From: an uncultured Chryseobacterium sp. | GTDB taxonomy: Bacteria; Bacteroidota; Bacteroidia; UBA10329 | Length of the DNA: 64,000 nt | Direction of reading: 5' to 3' | NCBI GenBank assembly: GCA_964500205.1 | Contig: CAZCNS010000003.1 | Span: 62,606-126,605 of the forward strand | In this document: piece by piece, positions 19,801 through 27,076 of the stretch | How the letters are laid out: the number at the start of each line of letters is the position of its first letter | How positions within the stretch are numbered: the stretch's first letter is position 1 | The notes under the pieces: model-generated | Seen by the model: the letters and a program-made list of their open reading frames with translations, nothing else | What the model was told of the DNA's origin: nothing | Database searches by the model: none | Program-made: the position numbers and the translations under genes

Positions 19801-20400
19801 GGGGTTCGTTGCATCCGCGAAAATGAAGTCCATGGCTGCAAATCCTCCATTGGTGGTGGTCCCCTCCATGCTGAACATGCCTCTTGTGCTTCCTGTGAAG
19901 CTGCCGATCTGGTTTCCATTTACATGCAACCTCGACAATGGAACCGCAGCACCTATGGCCACATTCCCGGTGCGGTTGATGGCTCCGGTGGAATTGGCGG
20001 GGCCGTTCCAAGTGGGGTCAAGCTCTGTGAAGCTGGTGAGATACCCTACGGTGGCATGGTTCCCCCAACCGAATGCGGTGTTCCAGTTGGTGATGTCCGT
20101 GTTGGTTATCCCGAACGATGGGCTGGCGGAAAATATCGGGTCTGTCTCCACCGTAGAGGCAAATGAGGTCCAGCTGCTACCGTTCCATCCTTGGAACTGC
20201 CCCAAGGAGCCATTCCATCGGATGGTGCCCGCCCCGCCCGTGGGGGCACCTGCACCGATATCGGAGCTTAGGCGAAGTCGGCCAGCAATGTCGAGTTTCT
20301 CCTGCGGGGCAGGCACGCCAACACCCACGTTCTGAGCATGGGCCGCTGTTAAAGAAAGAAGCAATGTGGACAGTAGTACAGGTCTAAAGGACATCATCAT
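16840..20400 (-). CDS. Secreted giant protein (1186 aa) with a long run of YadA-like (Hep_Hag) 7-11-residue repeats and a tail-fibre-like C-terminal region
   Basis: Signal peptide MMMSFRPVLLSTLLLSLTAAHA. There are more than 40 repeats of the form NTAIGxxALxxNTTGxxNTAxG. The C-terminal has a G(I/V)LP(I/V)ANGGT motif (GILPIANGGTNS) common in phage tail-fibre and tail-fibre-like proteins. Confidence 0.85.
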   Translation of the reverse strand: MMMSFRPVLLSTLLLSLTAAHAQNVGVGVPAPQEKLDIAGRLRLSSDIGAGAPTGGAGTIRWNGSLGQFQGWNGSSWTSFASTVETDPIFSASPSFGITNTDITNWNTAFGWGNHATVGYLTSFTELDPTWNGPANSTGAINRTGNVAIGAAVPLSRLHVNGNQIGSFTGSTRGMFSMEGTTTNGGFAAMDFIFADATNPIARIAAQSNGFGSKLMLGTSNDYATGITNTALTINENGNVGIGISAPSDRLHVVGNIRMVDGNQATGFVPVSDANGRMTWTDPTAVVTAEAWSLSGNASTVDGTHFIGTTDNIPFNIRVNNQKAGRVASTGEVFLGYQAGNVNTSNSSTGVGYNTLLSNTTGANNTAMGREAMRSNTTGNDNTAVGKDALRANTTGIQNTAIGKDALLSNTTGVSNVANGFQALLNNTTGNDNTAVGRNAMSSNTTGIFNSALGSRALQSNTTGSDNTAAGRDALRDNTTGGQNTAIGKDAMLSNTTGSSNAALGFQALVSNTTGNDNTAVGRDALRTNTTGGQNTAIGKDALRVNTSGFNNAAIGVLALVSNTTGSNNTAMGRDALRNNTTGNFNSALGSGAMYSNTTGLDNTAMGKDALRDNTQGIRNTAIGKDAMLFNTTGNSNVALGYLALYNNTTGSGNIAMGDAAGDFNTTGSQNTFLGINADASVNNLTNATAIGSNAVVGASNSVVLGNGANVGIGESAPLERLHVSGNVLLSRGGAKNITLQKAVGSSDGSALSVKAGDASSDSGARSGGDLVLEAGAGYNLTGTATGGDLLLRSGTNQLSAANSGGDIILQTGSVSNSFIERMRISQAGVFTLPTLNGSGQDRLLTISPAGVVTASNINTANVGTVTSVGLTMPSGLSVGSSPVTGSGTIAVTTTLNGPVKGNGSGFTAGAIGLASAEVTGILPIANGGTNSNAAPTNGGLAYGTGSAYAFTAAGTSGQLLRSNGAGAPTWSDPTGIITVENGLTETAPATVRLGGALTQATTVSGLSATNKLSFTGNGVDVFNVDGSTLSVDATNDRVGIGITAPTAKLDVNGKVRGVATFAADESSVVGSTTSTTSVFTGADLSTTITVQNEDLVKVDCACNLSNSIVNTTYMRVLNSSGTGTWVLPSNWITSNGTDWSGGHSTGLFRATADGTVTFQGYWHVGAGTGYYVYCNLVAVVIGKFQ

Positions 20401-21339
20401 GTGCCTAATGGTTGAGTAGAGGATGCAAATTTTACTAAAAAGTCTATGCGTACGACCTGTGGTTGATCAAAATGGTATTTTGAAAAGAAAACGTGATTGA
20501 TAGTGAGATGTGAAGTGATCACAGCTCCTTTCAGACGATGAAAGACCATGCTGCTGGAGCGATCATCTGGTCTATCGAAGCCATTGAGCATGCTATGCGT
20601 TGCAACGCATGGGCATTGAAGACCCCCGGTTCTACCCCCACATCATAGCGCTTCAAAGGGTGAAACAGTGCCGATCGAAGGTTCTGAACCCCTTTTTGGG
20701 GTGTTCTGGCCTTTTTGGCGCAGGTTCTGAGCCATTCGCTGTTTCGTGTTGGGAACATTAAAATATCCCGAAACTTTGGAGTGCGTTCTTTGAAAATCCT
20801 GACCCTCCCGCCTGTTGGTTGGATATAACCGCGAGAAGATCATGTCCTACCATCGCAAGATTATATATAACGGTCTCACGGTTATATATGTATTTCTCAA
20901 GGTTATATGTCACCAAAGAAAGTTTGGATGAAAACCTTTGATGTTTATGTCCAACATTGACAAAAATAGGTACTACCGTCCGTTTTTCAGACCCAACCAT
21001 GAGACGGAGATGTCCAACCATGGAACGGTTGGCTCACAACAAGACGGGGAGAGAAGGAATCAATAGACGCATAAATCATTGTTTAATAATTAAATAAACG
21101 TCCATGACAGCAACTTGAAGCACCTTGCCGCCCGTTTGTGCAGACACAGACCCGGTAAGTACAACCGACAGTTCATTTACAATTCAAGTTCACTTGACGA
21201 TTAAATAAAACTTAAAAGCCATGTCAACAACACCAGACGGCATACCCCTGAATATGACGGAGTTCTATGCTTTCATTTAAGACCTCTCTACCGGCATGGT
21301 GGCCGCTGTGGTGGTAGGGTGAGGCCCTGCCAGTGTGCG

Positions 21340-21560
21340 ATCTCCGACCTGCTTGTCCGTCCGTCCGCCTCAGGCGGACGGACAGGTGGGCGGGCGGGAT
21401 TTTTTTGATTGTTGAGCGAAGCGAAATCCCGCCCAAGCGGGAAGCGAAGCGAAATCCCGCGACTGCGGGAAGATTGCTGATTGCTAATTGCTGATTGACG
21501 AGGGAGGGATTGACAATTAAAAGTTACCAATTACCAATTACCAATTAACAATTGGGGGTG
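21340..21560. repeat. Third locus of the dispersed composite repeat, with a GC hairpin and T-run
   Basis: Hairpin CCGTCCGTCCGCC-TCAG-GCGGACGGACAGG, then GGGCGGGCGGGATTTTTTT, then AGCGAAGCGAAATCCCGC…GCGAAATCCCGCGACTGCGGGA, then (GATTGCT)x3-4 and (CCAATTA)x3. Confidence 0.6.
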
Positions 21561-21665
21561 GAGGGGAGGTGGAAGAGGGGAGAGGATGATTTTTAATGTT
21601 GTTCTGTTTGTTTTGCAACCGACATAAAAGGGAAGTTAGTAAGTTCACCCCCACGAAACTGACGT

Positions 21666-23174
21666 ATGAACTTCGACCAGACCTTCAAGAACATTGATGA
21701 CGTGCTCCGCAGGGAGACCGACTCCGAACTCGACTACATAGAGCAGACCTCGTGGATACTCTTCCTTCGCTACTTGGACGAACTGGAGCAGGAGCGCGCA
21801 GATGAGGCCGAGCTGCGGGGCAACGAATACCGTTTCCTCCTGGCCGAGGAATACCGCTGGGGCGCATGGGCCATGCCCAAGGATGCCAAAGGGGCGTACG
21901 ATTTCAAGTCCGCCCTGACGGGGCCCGACCTCATCGAGTTTGTCAATGGCAAGCTGCTGCCCTACCTGCGCACCTTCAAAGAGGCGCACAGCGACAACCC
22001 CCGCACCCTCGAATACAAGGTGGGCGAGATATTCGGAGAGCTGAAGAACAAGCTGGGCAGCGGCTACAACCTGCGCGAGATACTGGAGGCCATAGACACC
22101 CTGCCCCTCAAGAGCAGCAAGGACCGCCACGAGCTCAGCTTCCTCTACGAGAGCCGCATCCGCAACATGGGCAACGCGGGCCGCAACGGAGGCCAGTACT
22201 ACACCCCCCGCCCCCTCGTGCGCGCCATGATTCAGGTGACCGACCCCCGCATAGGCGAGACCGTCTATGATGGGGCCGCAGGCTCTGCGGGCTTCCTCTG
22301 CGAGGCATACGAGTACATGGCCCCGCAGACCGAGCGCCACCCCACGCTATCAAGCACCGAGGCCCTGCGCGTGCTGCAAGAGGAGACCCTCTATGGCAAG
22401 GAGGTGAAGAACCTCGCCTACATCATCGGCATCATGAACATGATACTGCATGGCGTGGAGGCCCCCAACCTCATCCATATCAACACGCTGGCCGCACACG
22501 ACAGTCAGGTGCAGGAGCGCGACCGCTATGATGTCATCCTCGCCAATCCGCCCTTTGGCAGCAAGGAGCGGCCCGAGGTGCAGCAGGCATTCGCCATCAA
22601 GACCAGCGAGACGGCCTTCCTCTTCCTTGAGCACTTCATCCGCTATCTGAAGACGGGAGGCCGCGCGGCCATCGTCATCAAGAACACCTTTCTGAGTAAC
22701 ACCGACAATGCGGCCGTGAGCCTGCGCAAGCACCTGCTGGAGACCTGCAACCTCCACACCGTGCTCGACATGCCGCAGGGCACCTTCCTCGGGGCGGGCG
22801 TCAAGACCGTCATCCTCTTCTTCACCAAGGGCGAGCCTACCCGCAACATCTGGTACTACCAGCTGAACCCCGGCCGCAACATGGGCAAGACCAACCCCCT
22901 CAACGACAGCGACCTGGCCGAGTTCATCGAACTCCAGAAGACCCGCCCAGAGACCGAGTGCAGTTGGAAAGTTGGGGTCACTTCGAGTGACGCTGACGAA
23001 GGAGGCGTTGTATCGAGAAGCCCCAACGCCACCAACGGCTTCGACCTCTCCGTAAAGAACCCCAACACCCCCGAAGAGGCACCCCTGCGCAGCCCACAGG
23101 AGATACTGGACGAGATGACCGCCTTGGACGAAGAGACCAAGGAACTGTTGGACGGGATAAGGGAGTTGCTATGA
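21666..23174 (+). CDS. hsdM: Type I restriction-modification N6-adenine DNA methyltransferase subunit
   Basis: HsdM N-terminal domain and catalytic motif IV NPPF (…VILANPPFGSKERPE…). It overlaps the specificity subunit by ATGA. Confidence 0.95.
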   Translation: MNFDQTFKNIDDVLRRETDSELDYIEQTSWILFLRYLDELEQERADEAELRGNEYRFLLAEEYRWGAWAMPKDAKGAYDFKSALTGPDLIEFVNGKLLPYLRTFKEAHSDNPRTLEYKVGEIFGELKNKLGSGYNLREILEAIDTLPLKSSKDRHELSFLYESRIRNMGNAGRNGGQYYTPRPLVRAMIQVTDPRIGETVYDGAAGSAGFLCEAYEYMAPQTERHPTLSSTEALRVLQEETLYGKEVKNLAYIIGIMNMILHGVEAPNLIHINTLAAHDSQVQERDRYDVILANPPFGSKERPEVQQAFAIKTSETAFLFLEHFIRYLKTGGRAAIVIKNTFLSNTDNAAVSLRKHLLETCNLHTVLDMPQGTFLGAGVKTVILFFTKGEPTRNIWYYQLNPGRNMGKTNPLNDSDLAEFIELQKTRPETECSWKVGVTSSDADEGGVVSRSPNATNGFDLSVKNPNTPEEAPLRSPQEILDEMTALDEETKELLDGIRELL

Positions 23175-24322
23175 GTACTAACAAATGGACTCCATTCCGA
23201 AATGTCGGAAATGTTCAGTCGGGAGCTGGATTTCCAATTGTTTATCAAGGCCTAACGGAAGGTGAATACCCCTTCTACAAGGTTGGAGACATGAATTCAG
23301 AAGGCAACGAGATATTCATGTCTCAAGCCAACCATTACATATCTGATGAAGTTCGCAGGGAACTTGGAGCTAAAGTAATTCCACCAGACAGTATAATCTT
23401 CCCCAAAGTTGGCGGGGCCATATTGACTAACAAAAAAAGGATTACAACTCTTCCATGCTGTATTGACAACAACTTGATGTCAATCTGGGTCGACCCAGCA
23501 GCATATTCCAAAAAGTACTTCTACTATTTCTTCAATTCGATTGATTTATTTGAGTTGTCTAATAAAGCTGGGTTGCCATCAATTACGCAAACAGCTCTTT
23601 ACGAACTGAAAGTTCCCATCCCACCCCTCCCCGAACAGGAGCGCATCGTTGCCAAGTTGGATGCCGCCTTTGCGGCCATCGATAAGGCCAAGGCCAATGT
23701 GGAGCGCAACCTGCACAATGCCAAGGAGCTTTTTCAGAGCAAGCTCAATGAGGTGTTTGAAAATTTGGAATCACAATATGAAAGGACTCCTATAGCTTCT
23801 GTTTGCAAAGAGATATTTGCTGGAGGTGATGCCCCACGTGAAAACTTCTCCGAAGCCAGAACAGATAAATTTCACATTCCAATAATTGCCAATGCCGTTA
23901 AAGACCATGGTCTTTACGGATATACAGATTTGGTGAGAGTTTCGGAGCCATCAATTACCATAGCAGCACGCGGAAGTGGTACTGGACATACTGAAATCAG
24001 GTTGGAGCCATTTTTCCCAATTGTCAGGTTAATTGTCCTGATTCCAAAGAGGGAGATGATTGACCTTTCCTTTTTCTGTTACTCAATCAAAAATTTGGAG
24101 ATTTTGAGAAGCGGTTCTGCAATACCGCAGTTGACTGTGCCCATGATTAAAGGTTACTCGCTTGCTGTGCCACCTTTGGAAACTCAAGAAGTGTTAGTTG
24201 AAATGCTTAACTCGTTGGAGGGCAGTTTGCAGTCCCTTGAAACCTATTATACCCGCAAACTAACAGAATTGGAAACCTTGAAGAAGTCGGTTTTGGAGCG
24301 GGCTTTTAGGGGGGAGATTTGA
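23171..24322 (+). CDS. hsdS: Type I R-M specificity subunit (two target-recognition domains)
   Basis: AT-rich variable TRDs separated by the conserved central helix (…LPPLPEQERIVAKLDAAFAAIDKAKANVERNLHNAKELFQSKLNEVF…), and the conserved distal helix …LETQEVLVEMLNSLEGSLQSLETYYTRKLTELETLKKSVLERAFRGEI*. Confidence 0.9.
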   Translation: MSTNKWTPFRNVGNVQSGAGFPIVYQGLTEGEYPFYKVGDMNSEGNEIFMSQANHYISDEVRRELGAKVIPPDSIIFPKVGGAILTNKKRITTLPCCIDNNLMSIWVDPAAYSKKYFYYFFNSIDLFELSNKAGLPSITQTALYELKVPIPPLPEQERIVAKLDAAFAAIDKAKANVERNLHNAKELFQSKLNEVFENLESQYERTPIASVCKEIFAGGDAPRENFSEARTDKFHIPIIANAVKDHGLYGYTDLVRVSEPSITIAARGSGTGHTEIRLEPFFPIVRLIVLIPKREMIDLSFFCYSIKNLEILRSGSAIPQLTVPMIKGYSLAVPPLETQEVLVEMLNSLEGSLQSLETYYTRKLTELETLKKSVLERAFRGEI

Positions 24323-24359
24323 AAAGAGAAAATGACATAGTGTTCATTTGCAGCCTCTT

Positions 24360-24463
24360 TGTGGGACACGTAGGACATAGCGTGGGACGTGGCGGAGTGG
24401 GAGCCTCCATCGTGCAGTTCCACGGAGCGTCCCAAGCGTCCCACAGCAAATAGCCCACAGCCT
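24360..24463. mobile_element. MITE/PATE-like about 100-bp element, copy A (terminal inverted repeats TGTGGGAC…GTCCCACA)
   Basis: GTGGGACACGTAGGACATAGCGTGGGACGTGGCGGAGTGG … CACGGAGCGTCCCAAGCGTCCCACAGC. Arms are mutually complementary (CGTGGGACG vs CGTCCCACG). Near-identical copies lie at 24543-24640 and 26324-26433. Confidence 0.5.
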
Positions 24464-24524
24464 CAAACTAACAGAATTGGAAACCTTGAAGTAGTCGGTT
24501 TTGGAGCGGGCTTTTAGGGGGGAG
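24464..24524 (+). pseudogene. Orphan duplicate of the hsdS 3' end (…KLTELETLK*SVLERAFRGEL), copy 2 of 3
   Basis: A roughly 60-bp direct repeat of 24262-24322 with an internal stop (TAG). A third copy at 24653-24716 runs into the KAP NTPase reading frame. Confidence 0.6.
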
Positions 24525-24542
24525 CTATGAAAATAAAAATGG

Positions 24543-24640
24543 AGGACACGTAGGGCATAGCGTGGGAAGTGGCGGAGTGGTGGTCACCATCGTGCAGTCC
24601 CACGGAACGTCCCAAGCGTCCCACAGCATGAAGCCCACAG
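24543..24640. mobile_element. MITE/PATE-like element, copy B
   Basis: GGACACGTAGGGCATAGCGTGGGAAGTGGCGGAGTGG…CACGGAACGTCCCAAGCGTCCCACAGC. Confidence 0.5.
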
Positions 24641-24736
24641 CAAACCCACTACACCCGCAAACTAACAGAACTTGAAACCTTGAAGAAGTCGGTTTTGGAG
24701 CGGGCTTGTAGGGGGGGATATGAAACAGGAAGCGAT

Positions 24737-26116
24737 ATGAAAGGAAGACACAATGACTTGATAATCGACCTCAATGAACCTTTCAAAGAGTGCAAACTCA
24801 ATCGAAAGCGGAATGCGGAGATTCTAACCGAGGTGGTGCAGAGGTACAAGGATGGTTTTGTCCTTGCGATAAACAACCCTTGGGGTGCGGGTAAGACCAC
24901 CTTCGTGAAGATGTGGCAGCAGCACTTGGAGAATGAACATTTCCGTACCGTCTATTTTAACGCTTGGGAGAACGACCTTGGCAATGCCATTTTCCCTGCC
25001 CTGCTCTCTGAATTGGAAGGAATTGACCGCGCACATAGAGATGGCGAGAATCAACAGAATCCAAGGTTTGCTGACGTATTAGACAAGGCCGCCCCGATTG
25101 CAAAATCTTTAATGCCCGCAGTGGCAAAGATTCTGTTTGACAGATTTGCAGGCAAGGGTGCTGCATCGGAACTAGCAGAGGCAATTGCAGCGGGTGGTGC
25201 AGAGGTACTGGCAGAAGGCATCAAAGACTACAGGGCACAAAAGCAAGGACTTGGTGAGTTCAAAAAATCGCTAACCGAGTTTGTGGAGACCTACACTTCT
25301 TATGGCAGGCCCATCATCTTCATTATAGACGAGCTTGACCGCTGCCGTCCCGACTATGCGGTCTCCGTGCTAGAACACATCAAGCACCTTTTCTCTATAC
25401 GCAGAGTAGTTTTCGTGCTTTCCATAGACAAGGTGCAATTGGGTCACGCCATTTGTGGGGTGTATGGCAGTGACAACTTCGATTCCAATGAGTACTTGAG
25501 AAGGTTTATTGATTTGGAGTACAATCTGCCCGTTCCGAACTACACTGAAATCACGAAATACTTTTTCAACTACTTCGGATTTGAAGATGTTGCATTGCTA
25601 AAAAACAAACCAAATGCATGGTTTTCTGATGAGGAACTGTTTGACTTTATGGGGCAACGCTTCAGACATCTGAATTGGAATATTCGAAGAATAGAGAAAC
25701 TGATGGCACGCTGCAGAGTTACCATGAGTCTTGTTGCACCAGATGAATTTCATCTCATGCCGTTCTACTTGTACCTATCTTTCCTTTACGAATTAGATGG
25801 TGAATTCGCTGGCAAGCTGACATCCGGTAAACTCACTATTACAGAAGTCAACTCCAAATTGAAGAGTCCTGAACTGCTGTTTGGGGCGAGTTTTGAAGCA
25901 CCATTTTGGCAGAAGTGCTTCGCATTTATTTTATTATCTATATCCGATAATTTTACTGACATCTCGAAACTAAATCCAATAAATGCTATCAAACAACAAC
26001 CGCTATCTGCGTTTTCTTCAGTTGTACATGCGGGATCATATGGTCAGCTATCGCTTCCCGGAATAGTTGAAATAGGCAGGAGGTTAAGACATTCCTATAG
26101 TTTTGAAGCAGCTTAA
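24737..26116 (+). CDS. KAP-family P-loop NTPase inserted between hsdS and hsdR (ORF in track begins at TTG 24680 inside the hsdS-end repeat; ATG at 24737 preferred)
   Basis: Walker A NNPWGAGKTTFVKMW, the KAP-typical YFNAWEND motif, and Walker B IIFIIDELDRCRPDY. AT-rich relative to hsdM and hsdR. Confidence 0.85.
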   Translation: MKGRHNDLIIDLNEPFKECKLNRKRNAEILTEVVQRYKDGFVLAINNPWGAGKTTFVKMWQQHLENEHFRTVYFNAWENDLGNAIFPALLSELEGIDRAHRDGENQQNPRFADVLDKAAPIAKSLMPAVAKILFDRFAGKGAASELAEAIAAGGAEVLAEGIKDYRAQKQGLGEFKKSLTEFVETYTSYGRPIIFIIDELDRCRPDYAVSVLEHIKHLFSIRRVVFVLSIDKVQLGHAICGVYGSDNFDSNEYLRRFIDLEYNLPVPNYTEITKYFFNYFGFEDVALLKNKPNAWFSDEELFDFMGQRFRHLNWNIRRIEKLMARCRVTMSLVAPDEFHLMPFYLYLSFLYELDGEFAGKLTSGKLTITEVNSKLKSPELLFGASFEAPFWQKCFAFILLSISDNFTDISKLNPINAIKQQPLSAFSSVVHAGSYGQLSLPGIVEIGRRLRHSYSFEAA

Positions 26117-26118
26117 TC

Positions 26119-26178
26119 AATGAACGAATCCGAAACCCGCGCCCATTTCATCGCCCCCGCCCTGATAGCCAAGGGATA
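26119..26178 (+). pseudogene. Truncated, diverged copy of the hsdR 5' end (MNESETRAHFIAPALIAKG*)
   Basis: 20 codons, about 80% identical to the true hsdR start at 27077 (VNESNTRAHYIDPALIAKGW…), with TAG where hsdR has TGG. Confidence 0.5.
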
Positions 26179-26323
26179 GGGGCTAATAACAGCCATTGAA
26201 CCGAGCGGTTGAAAACCCCTTTCAGGAGGGCAGCATGTTCAGGTTCCGCTGTTCCACGGCACGGCCCATAAACCCCACAGAAAACCCCACCCGTAGAAAC
26301 CATGGCGCACTCACCGTCTTTTT

Positions 26324-26433
26324 TGTGGGACACGTAGGACATGACGTGGGACGTGGCGGAGTGGCAAGCACCTTCGGCCGTCCTGCGGAGCGTCCCATGC
26401 AGTCCCACAAGTCCCACAGCACAAAGCCCACAG
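26324..26433. mobile_element. MITE/PATE-like element, copy C
   Basis: TGTGGGACACGTAGGACATGACGTGGGACGTGGCGGAGTGG…GGAGCGTCCCATGCAGTCCCACAAGTCCCACAGC. Confidence 0.5.
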
Positions 26434-26462
26434 AACATCCAACCAACCTAACATATTGACAA

Positions 26463-27047
26463 TTGCACTACATTAGCCCCATGGCAACGGAGAATCCAGG
26501 CGGTTTTATCCCAAAGAATGGGGGTTATAGAAACCTCTATGCCTTCCAGAAGGCCGAGATCATTTATGATGGCACGGTCTATTTCACCAAACGGTTCTTC
26601 GGGAAATACGACCGCACTGTAGATCAGATGGTGCAGGCTGCCCGCAGCGGCAAGCAGAACATAGGCGAGGGCAGCGTGGTATCGGCCACCTCCAAACAGT
26701 TGGAGATCAACCTGACCAACGTGGCCCGCGCCAGCTTGGAAGAACTCAAGATGGACTACGAGGATTTCCTGCGCACCAACAAGCTGCCCATCTGGGACAA
26801 GAACCACCGCCTTGCCCTGCGGGTGCGCGAATTGAACCGTACGCCCAATGCCGATTACAGTACTTTTCAGAAGGCCATAGAGCACGAGAGCCCTGAGATC
26901 TGTGCCAACACGCTGCTCACCCTCATCAACATCGCCATTTACCTGCTCAAGAACCAGTTGGCCACCCTCGAAAAGGAGTTCCTTGAAGAAGGGGGTATCC
27001 GCGAACGAATGACCCGCGCCCGCATTGCCAAACGCAAGGGCGGGTAG
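26463..27047 (+). CDS. Four-helix-bundle protein (23S rRNA intervening-sequence protein / Avd-like family) with a C-terminal extension; alternative start MATENPGG at 26481
   Basis: YRNLYAFQKAEIIYDGTVYFTKRF…DRTVDQMVQAARSGKQNIGEGS…KQLEINLTNVARASLEEL matches the family hallmark (…W/FQKA…L…IY…T…FP…E…L…Q…RAA.SI..NIAEG…F…A.GSL.EL). It sits between a MITE-like copy and hsdR. Confidence 0.65.
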   Translation: MHYISPMATENPGGFIPKNGGYRNLYAFQKAEIIYDGTVYFTKRFFGKYDRTVDQMVQAARSGKQNIGEGSVVSATSKQLEINLTNVARASLEELKMDYEDFLRTNKLPIWDKNHRLALRVRELNRTPNADYSTFQKAIEHESPEICANTLLTLINIAIYLLKNQLATLEKEFLEEGGIRERMTRARIAKRKGG

Positions 27048-27076
27048 CTGCCAGCAAATGAAACCGCCCCGTTGAC

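Noticed and set aside
20397-21021. Small ORFs (64-87 aa) in the AT-rich spacer
   Set aside because: Low-complexity translations, overlapping each other on one strand, with no start context. The region is more plausibly regulatory.
13600-21660. Prophage remnant (AT-rich island plus tail-fibre-like protein)
   Set aside because: No integrase, tRNA attachment site, capsid, terminase or tail-tube genes. The tail-fibre-like protein has a Sec signal peptide and YadA-like repeats, so it is better read as a surface adhesin.
24680-24736. Extended N-terminus of the KAP NTPase (MKKSVLERACRGG…)
   Set aside because: It begins at a TTG inside the third copy of the hsdS 3' repeat and merely re-reads the duplicated hsdS tail. 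The ATG at 24737 gives a normal KAP N-terminus.
26148-26459. Track ORFs 26196-26459(+), 26148-26438(-), and 24247-24444(-) / 24649-24900(-)
   Set aside because: Each is built on a copy of the MITE-like element. Their 'conserved' peptide (…HSATSHAMSYVSHK…) simply reflects the repeated DNA.
26463-27047. A diversity-generating retroelement, because the four-helix-bundle protein belongs to the Avd family
   Set aside because: No reverse transcriptase gene and no TR/VR adenine-mutagenesis repeat pair is present in the window.
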